Part shown: positions 30,772 through 40,809 of the stretch, piece after piece
Numbering within the stretch: the first letter of the stretch is position 1
Layout of the letters: each line of letters begins with the position of its first letter
Source of the DNA: an uncultured delta proteobacterium
GTDB lineage: Bacteria; Desulfobacterota; Binatia; Binatales; Binataceae
DNA length: 64,000 nucleotides
Reading direction: 5' to 3'
Assembly (NCBI GenBank): GCA_963724765.1
Contig: CAVRVY010000003.1
Location: forward strand, 608,001 to 672,000
The notes under the pieces: model-generated
Told to the model about the DNA's origin: nothing
Database searches by the model: none
Seen by the model: only the letters and a program-made list of their open reading frames with translations
Made by a program: the position numbers and the translations under genes

Positions 30772-30993
30772 GTGCACGAAATGGAAGCAACCGATATTCG
30801 TACTGTATATGACTTTCCCGTCGCCGGCCATCTCTGCAGTGATGGAGTGGTGCACTACGTCAAGTTGACGCGCCGTTCCGGCAATCCCAAACCTCAGGGC
30901 GTCTGCTCACAATGCCAGACGACTTTTCAGTACGAAAAGCCGCAACGCTCGCGCGTGCGGCACTACGGTAGCGAAGGCGCCAGTCATTTCTAG
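30772..30993 (+). CDS. Small hypothetical protein with possible Zn ligands
   Basis: HLC...H and CSQC residues; GGGAG RBS before the GTG. Confidence 0.4.
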   Translation: MHEMEATDIRTVYDFPVAGHLCSDGVVHYVKLTRRSGNPKPQGVCSQCQTTFQYEKPQRSRVRHYGSEGASHF

Positions 30994-31017
30994 GCCACAA
31001 ACGGTCTAGGCCACAAA
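30989..31017. repeat. 13-bp direct repeat TCTAGGCCACAAA, two copies
   Basis: Copies at 30989-31001 and 31005-31017; the first includes the stop of the small ORF. Confidence 0.7.
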
Positions 31018-31070
31018 GGGCCTCCTCGATTCATTCTCACAATGCCGCGTGCGGGCCGCGCGCGCGGCCA

Positions 31071-31973
31071 CTAGCGAGCCATCGGAGCGGATGTCGCCGC
31101 GGCGGATGATTGCGCAGGCGTCGCGGAGTCATGCGGCGCTACAAGCGCCGGCGGCTCGGGCCGCTCGAAGACCGGCGGCGTTTTGACCGCCGGCCTCATG
31201 CTCACCAGCAGGACCTCGGGGCCACGGTAGTACCGCGACAACATCCCGCCGACGAAAGCGTAGTCCCGCAGAGGGTCAAACCACATCCGGATAGTCGGGA
31301 CGAACGGCTTCAGGAATATGTTGAACCATCCGAACACCGGACGCGCGTCGGCCTTGGCCAACTCGCCGTCGTGCGGACGAAAACTCCATGGCGCCCGTGC
31401 GAGATCGGCGTGCAAGGTCAGGATGCGCGGGCCGAGGGCGCAATCGAAGACATGGATGTCGAGGTCGGTGGCGCCGCGGCGTAACTGATCCGCTACCGGC
31501 ACCAGCACGCCTGCACCGGCGTAAGTGTCGGGAGGAAATTGCAGGTCATCGGTCTCGATCGTGCTCTTGCCGTTATCATATTTTGCGCAACTGCCTTTTC
31601 CGGTGACCGCGTCGGCGCTCGCGGTTATTAGCGGGGCGCCGTGCGAATCGAAAAAGTCATGTTCATAAGTAAGCATCCGCGGAAGTTCGCCATCGGTGGC
31701 CTTGAGCGTGTCGTGCTCGATATCGCGCTGCCCATCGATAAAGTCGCTGCGTCCTTCGATCGTCACGACGTGGTCATGCTGCGTGACGGCGTAGTGCGCG
31801 CGCCCCAGGAGACTGGTGCCAGTGGAGTCGTAGATGTACAGGTCACTGTTTTGCGTAATCGTCCTGTCACTGGAATAGGCGGCCGCGGCGGCAAGGTCCG
31901 TCCCTGCGCCAGAGCCCGATAGCAGCATCACGGCGACTATCGCCGGGGCAACTAATCCTCTCTTCTTCAGCAC
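31071..31973 (-). CDS. Secreted hypothetical protein
   Basis: Signal peptide, beta-rich body, host-like codon usage. Confidence 0.7.
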   Translation of the reverse strand: MLKKRGLVAPAIVAVMLLSGSGAGTDLAAAAAYSSDRTITQNSDLYIYDSTGTSLLGRAHYAVTQHDHVVTIEGRSDFIDGQRDIEHDTLKATDGELPRMLTYEHDFFDSHGAPLITASADAVTGKGSCAKYDNGKSTIETDDLQFPPDTYAGAGVLVPVADQLRRGATDLDIHVFDCALGPRILTLHADLARAPWSFRPHDGELAKADARPVFGWFNIFLKPFVPTIRMWFDPLRDYAFVGGMLSRYYRGPEVLLVSMRPAVKTPPVFERPEPPALVAPHDSATPAQSSAAATSAPMAR

Positions 31974-32229
31974 GTCATCTCCAATTCGCCGCCTCTACAT
32001 CTACGATCCGCGCTACGATTGGTTGCTCCTGATCTCTCTATAACATCCGTCAGCTTTCGCCGAAGCAAGCAGGTTCAGTCCGGGGCCGACGCCAGCCCGA
32101 CAATGTCCGCACTCCTGCTGGTCGGTGACGATCGTCGAGGCCAGGACAGGCGGTGTAAGCCGCCAAGCGTTTAGCACGCGGGCTGCCAGGCGAATCAGAC
32201 CGCACCGGGCGCGGGTTTGCAGGTCAGAG

Positions 32230-33345
32230 TTACGCGCTCTTATTGGGCGTGAACAACTTGGAGAAGGCCTCGATCGAGGCCGGCGGATGCTGCAAGGTCT
32301 GCAAGATCTCGCTCACATGCGCCTGCGATTTCGTCCCGACCAGCGCCACGTTGATCCCGGGCGCCGATCGCACGAATTGCAACGCGCGCTGCGCGTCCGT
32401 GGTCAGCCCCTCGAAGGCCTGCGCCATGATCGGCGGCAATCCGCGCGCGAGCCGCCCCTGCAACAGCGAAGCGCTGGCGCATACTGCGATGCCGAAGCCG
32501 ACCGCGGCGCGCAGCGCCGTGCCGCGGTGGTCGGGAAGCTGCTGGTTGGCGAGCGTCAGCGCCTCGGGCATCGCCAGGTTAAACGGGAGCTGGATCGCGC
32601 GGAAGTGATGCTGACGGCCGGCGATCTCGAACGCGATCTTCACCAGCTCTTCCATCTGGAGGTACTGTGGCTCCTCGGGGCCCAGACGAAAACCGCTCCA
32701 GGTCGCGGTGCCATAGAAGCCGATCTTGCCGTCGGCGACCTGCTGCTCCAGGAACTCGAACGCGCGACGCATCCGCTCGAGAAACTCGGGACGTTCGATG
32801 CTGGCGAGCTGGGTTTCGGGGTTGTGAATGTAATAGATGTCGATGGTGTCGAGGCCCAGGTTGGTGCGGCTCATCTCGAGCATCGCGCCGAGGTAGCGCG
32901 GCGTCATGCAATGCGAGCCTTCGACCAGCTCGCCCGGTCCGACCAGTCCGCTGCTGACGAACTTCTCCTCGAACCACGCCCGCGGATTGGGCGGCATCGT
33001 GCCGTCGAACGTGACGTAACCGCCCTTGGTCGCCACCAGCACTTCTTCGCGGCGCAGTTCGCCGCCGGCGACCAGTTCGCCCAGCACCTTGCCGATCGTG
33101 CGTTCGCCGCGCTGGAAGCGGTAGTTCACGGCGGTGTCGATCAGGTTGATTCCGCCGAGCAGCGCGCTCCGGATGGATTGCGCGTAGGCCTGGTCGGTCT
33201 CCTCGTCCGGCTCGCCCAGGTAAGTGCCGATCCCGACCGAGGAAACGCTCAGCCCGCCAAGCATCGAGCGGAAATTTCCCGGCAGCTCTGCGTGGCGGCG
33301 GGCGTAGGCAAGCGTGCCCTCGGCCGTGGCGCGGTTCTTCAGCAT
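32230..33345 (-). CDS. Aldo/keto reductase
   Basis: SSVGIGTYLG, INLIDTAVNY, ATKGG, DIYYIHNPE. Confidence 0.92.
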   Translation of the reverse strand: MLKNRATAEGTLAYARRHAELPGNFRSMLGGLSVSSVGIGTYLGEPDEETDQAYAQSIRSALLGGINLIDTAVNYRFQRGERTIGKVLGELVAGGELRREEVLVATKGGYVTFDGTMPPNPRAWFEEKFVSSGLVGPGELVEGSHCMTPRYLGAMLEMSRTNLGLDTIDIYYIHNPETQLASIERPEFLERMRRAFEFLEQQVADGKIGFYGTATWSGFRLGPEEPQYLQMEELVKIAFEIAGRQHHFRAIQLPFNLAMPEALTLANQQLPDHRGTALRAAVGFGIAVCASASLLQGRLARGLPPIMAQAFEGLTTDAQRALQFVRSAPGINVALVGTKSQAHVSEILQTLQHPPASIEAFSKLFTPNKSA

Positions 33346-33372
33346 GGCGGATCTCCTTGGCGCGCCGCGGGC

Positions 33373-33777
33373 TCAGGCCTTGGGCGAACTGATTTCGAGC
33401 GGGCTGATATTCGGTTCAAACAGCAGCTGGATAACGTTCCCGTCCGGGTCGCGAATGTAAAATGACGCCGAACCGTCGCGATGGTGGCGCAACGGATGAA
33501 CTATATCCAATCGCTCGGTCTCGGCCCATCGCCATCCCGCTTCCAGTTCGGCGACGCTCGCCACGATGAAGCCGAGATGGTCGAGCGCACCGGCGCTGGA
33601 ATCCCCCGGCGCGCCGCGATGGAGCGCCAGATTGTCGCATCCCGAACTCAGGTAGGCGTTGTCCGGATCGGGTTGCCATACCAGGCGCATCCCGAACACC
33701 CGCGCATAAAACTCGGCCGCGCGAGCGACGTCGTTCACCCGCAGCGCGAGATGGCGCATGCCGCGATTGGTAATCAC
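33373..33777 (-). CDS. VOC (glyoxalase) family protein
   Basis: MRHLALRV, LDHLGF, FYIRDPDGN; GTGA overlap with the upstream gene. Confidence 0.88.
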   Translation of the reverse strand: MITNRGMRHLALRVNDVARAAEFYARVFGMRLVWQPDPDNAYLSSGCDNLALHRGAPGDSSAGALDHLGFIVASVAELEAGWRWAETERLDIVHPLRHHRDGSASFYIRDPDGNVIQLLFEPNISPLEISSPKA

Positions 33778-34400
33778 TTCAGTTCCTTGCGATAGCCGAG
33801 CACGGCCCACAGCGGATCGGTCTCGCCGGAGCTGCGATCGATCGTCTCTATCTTCTCGAAGGCCGCGCTGCGGGTAAAGTAGTAGCCCACCAGGTCCACC
33901 CGCTGCTGCTCGCTCGCGTTCGCCCAGATCGCCACCGCCTTGGTCGGAAACATCCGGTTGGAAAACGTCACGATGAACGGTGCGCCGGGTTTCAGCACGC
34001 GCCCGACCTCGGCGAAGACCTCCAGCGGATGGATGAGATACTGGACCGAAACGGTCAGCACTGCGCCGTCGAATGATGCGTCGTCAAACGGCAGTTGCGC
34101 GATGCGATTGAGGTTGTGCGTCACGATTTCCGTGAGCGCGGGATTGTCCTCCATTTCGGGCCGGTTCAGGCCGAGCCCGACCATGCGCGCCGGCTTCAAC
34201 TCGAGCGGCAGATGCGATCGCCAGCTACTCATGAGGTCGAGGATCGCGCCGCCGCGCGGGAGACGGCTTAAGTAAATCTCGCCGGCGCTCCTGACGGCGG
34301 CGTCATCGATATGCACGACGAAGCGCGGCGTGAGATAGAACAACTCGTCGTCGGAGTCATCGAGACGGCGGAAAAACTCAGGCTGAAGACGGGTCGGCAT
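33774..34400 (-). CDS. SAM-dependent methyltransferase (type 11)
   Basis: DDELFYLTPRFVVHID, LDLMSSWRSHLP, FSNRMFPTKA. Confidence 0.88.
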   Translation of the reverse strand: MPTRLQPEFFRRLDDSDDELFYLTPRFVVHIDDAAVRSAGEIYLSRLPRGGAILDLMSSWRSHLPLELKPARMVGLGLNRPEMEDNPALTEIVTHNLNRIAQLPFDDASFDGAVLTVSVQYLIHPLEVFAEVGRVLKPGAPFIVTFSNRMFPTKAVAIWANASEQQRVDLVGYYFTRSAAFEKIETIDRSSGETDPLWAVLGYRKELK

Positions 34401-34500
34401 CGCAAAATTATCCCGTATCGGCCGAATTTAGCGCAATGGTACGATTTATCAGCGAAAACAACAACTTATGATCAATTGGTGGCAAGAAAGAACAATCGCG

Positions 34501-34540
34501 TTGACAGAAACGGACCCTGGCGCCTAGAGTAAAACGTTTT
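34501..34540 (+). promoter_or_regulatory. Putative sigma70 promoter and palindromic operator upstream of the IclR gene
   Basis: TTGACA (34501-34506), 18-nt spacer, TAGAGT (34525-34530), then palindrome AAAACGTTTT (34531-34540). Confidence 0.5.
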
Positions 34541-34595
34541 TCCAAATCGGCTCGATCCGTTGCTCTATCACGGCGGCGTTCGAGGAGAGTTCGCC

Positions 34596-35378
34596 ATGGT
34601 CAGGCGCAACAAAACCAACTACGTCATCCAGTCAGTTGCCCACGCTCTGGACGTGCTCGAACAGTTCTTTGGCGAGGTCGATGAACTCGGCGTCACTGAA
34701 CTTTCCAAGCGCCTGAAGCTGCACAAGAACAACGTCTTCCGTCTGCTCGCCACCCTGGAGGCGCGCGCCTATATCGAGCAGAACCGGGCGACCGAGAACT
34801 ACCGCCTGGGAATCAAGTGTCTGCACCTGGGACGCCGCTATATCGACCACATGGGACTGGTGCGGCAAGCGCGCCCGATTCTCTCCGACGTCGCGCATCG
34901 CTGCCGCGAGAGCACTTTCGTCGCGATCATGCGCCGCGAGGGCGTGGTGCCGCTGGAATCGGCCGAGCCGGGCGACCGCATGGTGCGGATTACGTCGCCG
35001 CTCGGCCAGGCGCTGCCGCTGCATTGCACGGCGGTCGGCAAGGTCCATCTCGCCTTCGACCTCGAGCAGCAGTTGCGCGCCGATCTGCCCGAGCAGCTCC
35101 CGCGTTTCACCGACCGCACAATCGTGGACCGCGCGATGCTTTTCGAGCAGCTCGATTCGGTGGCGCGCGACGGCTTCGGAATGGAAACGTGCGAGTTCTT
35201 CGAGGACGTGTCGTCGGTTGCGGTGCCGATTCGCGACTATACGCGCAGCGTCGTCGGATCACTCGCGGTTGCCGGGCCGGCCTACCGCATCGGAATCGAG
35301 CGCATCAACACGGAGATTGCGCCGCTAATCATGGAAGCCGGCCGCGAACTTTCGCATCGCCTCGGCTACAACGAGTAA
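34596..35378 (+). CDS. IclR family transcriptional regulator
   Basis: QSVAHALDVLE HTH, PLHCTAVGK, VAVPIRD. Confidence 0.93.
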   Translation: MVRRNKTNYVIQSVAHALDVLEQFFGEVDELGVTELSKRLKLHKNNVFRLLATLEARAYIEQNRATENYRLGIKCLHLGRRYIDHMGLVRQARPILSDVAHRCRESTFVAIMRREGVVPLESAEPGDRMVRITSPLGQALPLHCTAVGKVHLAFDLEQQLRADLPEQLPRFTDRTIVDRAMLFEQLDSVARDGFGMETCEFFEDVSSVAVPIRDYTRSVVGSLAVAGPAYRIGIERINTEIAPLIMEAGRELSHRLGYNE

Positions 35379-35519
35379 CGCTACCTCGACCCTGTTTGAC
35401 CTGCCCCGTGGGCCATTGTTAGTTTCGTTGCCGCCCCAGCGATTCCGTGCGAGCGCTGGCGGCGCCTGTCAGCCACCATCTTGGAATGTTCGGCTGAATA
35501 CACTCGGAGTGAAACTGCC

Positions 35520-36269
35520 GTGAAAATTCTGGCTTCCGTAAAACGCGTCCCGGACCCCGCCACGACCATCCGTATCCTTGCTGACGGCTCCGGAATCGCC
35601 ACCGACAACGTGAAATGGGTGATTAACCCCTTCGACGAAATCGCTATCGAGGAAGCACTGCGGATCAAGGAAAAGCAGGGAGGCGGCGATGTCGCGCTGA
35701 TATCGATCGGCCAGCAGAGCTGGCAGGAGCAGTTGCGCACCGGCCTTGCAATGGGCGCCGACCGGGCGATCCTGGTGCGCACCGACCAGCCGCTCGACAG
35801 CCTCGCGATCGCCCGCGTGATGGCGAAAATCGTTAGCGACGAAAAGCCCGACCTTGTGATCATCGGCAAGCAGGCGATCGACGACGACGCCAATCAGGTC
35901 GGCCAGATGCTGGCCGAGATGCTCGGATGGCCGCAGGCGACCTTTGCCTCCAAGGTCGAAATCGCCGGGACCAAATGCACCGTGGTGCGCGAGGTCGATG
36001 GCGGCCTGGAAACTGTCGCCTTCGACCTGCCGGCCGTTATCACTACCGACCTGCGACTCAATGAACCGCGCTACGCCTCGCTGCCGGGGATCATGAAGGC
36101 GCGCAAAAAAGAACTGAAGGAAATCCCGGTCGACAGCCTCGGGATCGACCTCGCCCCCAAGCTCAAGATAAAGACGCTCGCCGCGCCGCCCAAGCGGCAG
36201 GCCGGGCGCAAGGTCGGCTCGGTCGAAGAGCTGGTCGGTGTACTGCACAGCGAGGCCAAGGTGATTTGA
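35520..36269 (+). CDS. etfB: Electron transfer flavoprotein beta subunit
   Basis: VKRVPD, INPFDEIAIEEA, GKQAIDDD, NEPRYASLPGIMKA. Confidence 0.96.
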   Translation: MKILASVKRVPDPATTIRILADGSGIATDNVKWVINPFDEIAIEEALRIKEKQGGGDVALISIGQQSWQEQLRTGLAMGADRAILVRTDQPLDSLAIARVMAKIVSDEKPDLVIIGKQAIDDDANQVGQMLAEMLGWPQATFASKVEIAGTKCTVVREVDGGLETVAFDLPAVITTDLRLNEPRYASLPGIMKARKKELKEIPVDSLGIDLAPKLKIKTLAAPPKRQAGRKVGSVEELVGVLHSEAKVI

Positions 36270-36350
36270 CGCGCGCGACGAGCGCGGCGCATACAGGCTG
36301 CATCATATCCGCGTCCGCCGGATTGACGGGCGCGCCGGAGTGAATTCGAG

Positions 36351-37328
36351 ATGGCTGACGTACTGGTCTTTGCCGAACACATGGCGGGACATTTCCCCAA
36401 GACGACGCTGGTCGCGGTCAACGCCGGAATCGAGCTGGCGAAAAAACGCGGCGGCGGCAAATGCATCGCGGTAATCGCCGGTGAGAACCTCGACGCCCCG
36501 GCCGCCGAGCTGGCGAAATATGGGATGAGCAAGGTCGTCGTGCTCGACGACCCCAAGCTCGCGCACTACCTGGCCGACCTTTACGCGCAGGCGCTGACCG
36601 CGCTCGCCAAAAGTCTCGGCGCCGAATACGTGCTCGCGACCGCCACCGCCATGGGCAAGGACCTGATGCCGCGGGTGGCGGCGCGGCTCAACGCCCCGAT
36701 GGCTTCCGAGATCGTCTCGATCGGCGACGACGGCACGCTGGTGCGCCCGCTCTACGCCGGCAATGCGCTGGCGACGGTCGAGATGGACGGTCCAATGAAG
36801 GTCGTCAGCGTCCGCGCGACCGCGTTCGATTCGGCCAAGTCTGGCGATTCCGCCGCTCCGGTCGAAAAGGCCAAGCCCGAGCTCGATCCAGCGGGGCTCA
36901 AGATGCAGTTCGTCAGCTTCAACGAGACCAAGAGCGACCGGCCGCAGCTCACCGAGGCGCGAATCGTGGTCTCGGGCGGGCGTGGCCTCAAATCGGGCGA
37001 GAACTTCAAGACCGTGCTCGAGCCGCTGGTCGACGAGATGGGGGCCGCGATGGGCGCGAGCCGCGCGGCGGTCGACGCCGGTTTCGTGCCCAACGATCTG
37101 CAGGTCGGGCAGACCGGCAAGGTGGTCGCGCCCGAGCTATACGTCGCGGTCGGAATCTCCGGCGCGATTCAGCATCTGGCCGGGATGAAGGACTCCAAGA
37201 CTATCGTCGCGATCAACAAAGACGAGGAGGCGCCGATCTTCAACGTCGCCGACTACGGTTTGGTGGCGGACCTGTTCAAGGCGGTGCCGGAGATGGTCGA
37301 GGCGCTGAAGAAGGTCAAGCACTCGTAG
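36351..37328 (+). CDS. etfA: Electron transfer flavoprotein alpha subunit
   Basis: VVSGGRG, GASRAAVDAG, QVGQTGK, GISGAIQHLAGM. Confidence 0.97.
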   Translation: MADVLVFAEHMAGHFPKTTLVAVNAGIELAKKRGGGKCIAVIAGENLDAPAAELAKYGMSKVVVLDDPKLAHYLADLYAQALTALAKSLGAEYVLATATAMGKDLMPRVAARLNAPMASEIVSIGDDGTLVRPLYAGNALATVEMDGPMKVVSVRATAFDSAKSGDSAAPVEKAKPELDPAGLKMQFVSFNETKSDRPQLTEARIVVSGGRGLKSGENFKTVLEPLVDEMGAAMGASRAAVDAGFVPNDLQVGQTGKVVAPELYVAVGISGAIQHLAGMKDSKTIVAINKDEEAPIFNVADYGLVADLFKAVPEMVEALKKVKHS

Positions 37329-37329
37329 C
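37300..37329 (+). repeat. 30-bp direct repeat, copy 1 (etfA 3' end)
   Basis: AGGCGCTGAAGAAGGTCAAGCACTCGTAGC, identical to 39322-39351. Confidence 0.95.
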
Positions 37330-37553
37330 CCGTCGCGCGGGCGCCACGAAGCCGTGGGATCGCCTCCCGCCATTTAAAAATGGCCTCTTAAGCCTCGTAT
37401 GAAGCCCCAAGCCAACGCGACCACTAGCCATGCAAGTAGCAAGGCGCGTACGATCGTCCATCATTTGCGAGGGCGGCTCATTGTCCTCCTTTTTCCTCCG
37501 GCCAAAGGCGCAGCCAGCTATTCGCAAATCCAGGGGAGTGATACCTTCAGACA

Positions 37554-37748
37554 GTGGCTGACTTACCTATCATTCTGACGCTGGGAGAAAGCGGCTATAT
37601 CGTAGCCGAATGCCCCATGATTCTGGGTTGCCTCAGTAAGGATCGGACTCGCGACAAAGCGCTGGAGAATATCCGCGAGGCCATCGAACTCTGCCTGGAG
37701 AATCGCGCCGACGAGGAATTGGAGCTGCCCGCCGAGCCTTCACTCTAG
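37554..37748 (+). CDS. HicB-like antitoxin (orphan)
   Basis: GYIVAECPMILGCLSKDRTRDKALENIREAIELCLE resembles the HicB N-terminal fold; no hicA adjacent. Confidence 0.7.
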   Translation: MADLPIILTLGESGYIVAECPMILGCLSKDRTRDKALENIREAIELCLENRADEELELPAEPSL

Positions 37749-37750
37749 CT

Positions 37751-37831
37751 CTACAGCTCAAACTCAGCCAGCAGGGGTCGCCATTTGTCGCACCACGGCG
37801 ATGCCGCCTCGAACGCCGCCGATGCGCTCAG
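37751..37831 (-). pseudogene. Diverged duplicate of the amidase 3' end
   Basis: Translates LSASAAFEAASPWCDKWRPLLAEFEL* versus amidase LRASAAFEAASPWRDKWPPLLAEMGL*. Confidence 0.85.
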
Positions 37832-37850
37832 GCAACCGACGAACTGCGTC

Positions 37851-38808
37851 TCAACCTTCCGCTTTCTTGAATTGTTCAAACCACTTCCATAGATCAGGAA
37901 AATCTAGGTCTTTCGGTATCGGATTATTTTCGATGAATTTTGCCTCCATATATTGGTTCCAATATGCCTCCCCCGATCGACGAGGATGATTCGCTATCCA
38001 GGAATCGTAAAAGTCCTTCTGTATCTCGTAGTGATGGGTATGTATGAATTTGTCCCAGTTCTCCCGCGCCTCATCTTCGTCTTGGGTCGGCGCCATGATG
38101 ACAGCGGTCTGCTCCATTTCCCTCTTGTTCTTGTCGCCCCATGCTTCCTGCATGGCTTCAATCGCCTCTTGATCTGTCTTCGGCCCGCTGTATCCGAAAA
38201 TAGTTATCATAAAGGCGTTGGCTAATCCCCATTTCAATTGCTTCCATTCGTTGGCGATCAATAGATCGGTGCTATAGTTCTTTTTCTTGATCGGGTATAG
38301 GAGAGGGACCTTTGTAAACTGGTCACCACAGTGTCTGCATCCAGCGTCTAACGATCCTACCACCCTATCTTTCGGACAATAGCCAACTCGTGTATTGCCA
38401 TGGAGGAAGGCTAATCTTGGCATATTCAATCCAGCGCGACCGTTTCGCAAGTAAGCTTGCAGAAGCAATGGATCCCAGTTGAAGGTCGCGATCAGGTCTT
38501 GCTGCCGCAGAGACAGGACGAGATGATCATAGATCGTCGGGCGGTCGGGAAGCTCGAGTTTATCCAGGTATTCCTCAATTGCATTTTGGATTCGCGCAAC
38601 CTTATCGATTTCATTGTTCTCCCAAAGGTCGCTGAAAATGTCTTCAAAATTGGCTTCCGCGCTTATCCTCAGGTCCTGAAGTAGCGGCCTCAGTTCGACG
38701 ACATCTACGAAATCCTTCATCAATGGAAGAATTCGCCCCGCCTTATCTCCATTTGGTACTTACCTGACTTGCTTCTTCCTCAACGGAGATTTCGAAATCT
38801 GAACTCAT
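37851..38808 (-). pseudogene. SIR2-like protein, frameshifted near the N-terminus
   Basis: Body has IATFNWD, LHG and IFGYS motifs; upstream ATG at 38808 (MSSDFEISVEEEASQVS) is out of frame with VPNGDKAGRILPLMKDF and no GAGxS motif is present. Confidence 0.7.
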
Positions 38809-39321
38809 GGCGTTGATCAGTTCCCAGAATGAATCCCCAATGAGGGGGGCACTACACCAGCAAGCCCGGCGCGTCGTCATGGACCGGCCCGCTGACGCTG
38901 CGTAACACGCAACAGTTATTGCGGGTCCAACACGCTCCCGCCGCTCGGCTCACTTAGCCGCCTGCTCGGGTGATGCCGGCTCACGGCGCGATCAGCCGTA
39001 AAGAGCACTCCCTACAGGTCCCAGCTCGGAAGCTCTCGGCTGATTGTTAGCTTCGTCTTGCTCATCGCGGCTACCGAGCCGCGAGACGGCGCTCCAGCAG
39101 GGCGCGAGCCCCGGAGGTTCCTCCAGCAGGCGGTCTATCAGGTCGTCCTTCTCGTCAAGGAGAAAAGCTGAAAAGACGGCTTGCCGGTAACGTTATCACC
39201 GCTGACTCATCACGGCATAACCCGGCCGTATAGCTCAGCTTGGCGTTGGCCTCAGTTAGTGGGCGACTTTCATAACTGGGAACCTCGACCAAAGATATCA
39301 CTGTTTGGTCGCTGACGCGGT

Positions 39322-39351
39322 AGGCGCTGAAGAAGGTCAAGCACTCGTAGC
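39322..39351 (+). repeat. 30-bp direct repeat, copy 2 (etfA 3' end)
   Basis: Identical to 37300-37329; ends 9 nt before the amidase stop codon. Confidence 0.95.
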
Positions 39352-39360
39352 TTTAGGCCC

Positions 39361-40809
39361 TCACAATCCCATCTCAGCCAGCAGCGGGGGCCATTTATCG
39401 CGCCATGGCGATGCGGCCTCGAACGCCGCCGAGGCCCGCAACACCATCGGGTCGTCCAGATGGCGTCCGACGATTTGCAGACCCACTGGCAAGCCGTCCG
39501 CCGTCCATCCCGCCGGCACCGTTGCCGCCGGCTGCCCGGTCAGATTCATCGGATAAGTGAACGCGAGGAACTCCGCCGGACGCACGTAGCGCCCGGCGAT
39601 TTTCTCCGGCCCCTGCATGTGAATCGCAAACGGCGGGACCGCGAGCGTCGGCGTCAGCAGGATTTCGTAGTGCGACATGAACTGCGCCATCTTGCGCACC
39701 ATCGACTTACGCATCATGTTGGCGTTGGTGAAGTCTTCCGCCGTCCACGGCATCATCAGCGCGTCCACCAGATGACCCGACATCGGGAAGTTGCGCGCCA
39801 TCTCGCGCATCCCCTTGAGGTCGCTTTCGGCCATCATGAGCGCGAAGAACGCGGCGGATGGATCTTGCCAGTCCGGATTCGCCTCCTCGACAATACATCC
39901 AAGGTCGCGCTCGAAAACATTTATCGCCTGGCCGACGATTCGCCGCACCTCGGGATCGACCGCCGCGTAACCCCAATCGGCGCTGTAGGCGACGCGTAGT
40001 CCGCGCAGATCGCCGCGCAGACATTCCGTCCAGTCGAAATCCGCTTTCGGCAGGCTGTGACGATCGCGCATGTCGGGGCCCGCCGCGACCGACATCAGCA
40101 TCGCCGCGTCGGCGACGGTGCGCGTTAGCGGCCCGATATGCTCGAGCGATTCCCATCCCGAAACGCCGGGGTAGCGTTCGTCTCGCGCTCCCGGGTAGAG
40201 CGGAATCCGGCCCATCGACGCCTTCAGTCCATACAGTCCGCAAAACGATGCCGGAATCCGCACCGAGCCGCCGCCGTCGCTGCCGGTCGCGATCGGACCG
40301 ACGCCCGTCGCCACCGCGGCACCCGCACCGGCACTCGAGCCGCCCGGCGTTAGAGCGGTGTTCCACGGATTACGCGTGGTTTCGAAGACCGGGTTATGGC
40401 CGGTCGGGCTGTAGCCAAACTCCGGAACGTTGGTCTTGCCGATCATGACTGAGCCCGCCGCGCGGATTCGCTCGACCACGACGTCGTCCTCGTCGGGAAT
40501 AAAGTCTTTGTAGGCGAGCGAGCCGGACGTGGTGCGCACGCCCTTGGTCAGAATCAGGTCCTTGTGGCTGACCGGCACACCGGCGAGTGGGCCTACTGGC
40601 CGTCCGGCCATGATATCGGCCTCGATACGTTTGGCTTCGGCGCGCGCAAGTTCGGGAGTCGGCGTGCAAAAGGCATGCAGGCGCGGCTCCAGCCGTTCCA
40701 TGCGGGCGAGCACCGCCTCTATCACCTCGACCGGCGACAGGCGCCTGGCCCTGATATGCGCCGCCAGCGTGACGGCATCCATGCGACAGATTTCGTTGTG
40801 CGTGGACAT
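39361..40809 (-). CDS. Amidase (amidase signature family)
   Basis: GVPVSHKD, PGGSSAG, GSDGGGSVRIPASFCG. Confidence 0.95.
   Translation of the reverse strand: MSTHNEICRMDAVTLAAHIRARRLSPVEVIEAVLARMERLEPRLHAFCTPTPELARAEAKRIEADIMAGRPVGPLAGVPVSHKDLILTKGVRTTSGSLAYKDFIPDEDDVVVERIRAAGSVMIGKTNVPEFGYSPTGHNPVFETTRNPWNTALTPGGSSAGAGAAVATGVGPIATGSDGGGSVRIPASFCGLYGLKASMGRIPLYPGARDERYPGVSGWESLEHIGPLTRTVADAAMLMSVAAGPDMRDRHSLPKADFDWTECLRGDLRGLRVAYSADWGYAAVDPEVRRIVGQAINVFERDLGCIVEEANPDWQDPSAAFFALMMAESDLKGMREMARNFPMSGHLVDALMMPWTAEDFTNANMMRKSMVRKMAQFMSHYEILLTPTLAVPPFAIHMQGPEKIAGRYVRPAEFLAFTYPMNLTGQPAATVPAGWTADGLPVGLQIVGRHLDDPMVLRASAAFEAASPWRDKWPPLLAEMGL

Larger units (their letters stand above)
37330..39351. mobile_element. 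About 2-kb accessory insert bounded by the etfA-end direct repeat (no integrase)
   Basis: Flanking 30-bp repeat, A/T-richer sequence, HicB-like and SIR2-like cargo. Confidence 0.7.

Noticed and set aside
609-33465. Long antisense or alternate-frame ORFs (e.g. 609-1688, 1999-3246, 4992-6227, 13084-14331, 32125-33465)
   Set aside because: Shadows of well-supported genes in high-GC DNA; Arg/Ala/Pro-rich with no motifs.
38820-39320. Possible integrase remnant inside the etfA-bounded insert
   Set aside because: I could not find recombinase motifs in the frames I read.
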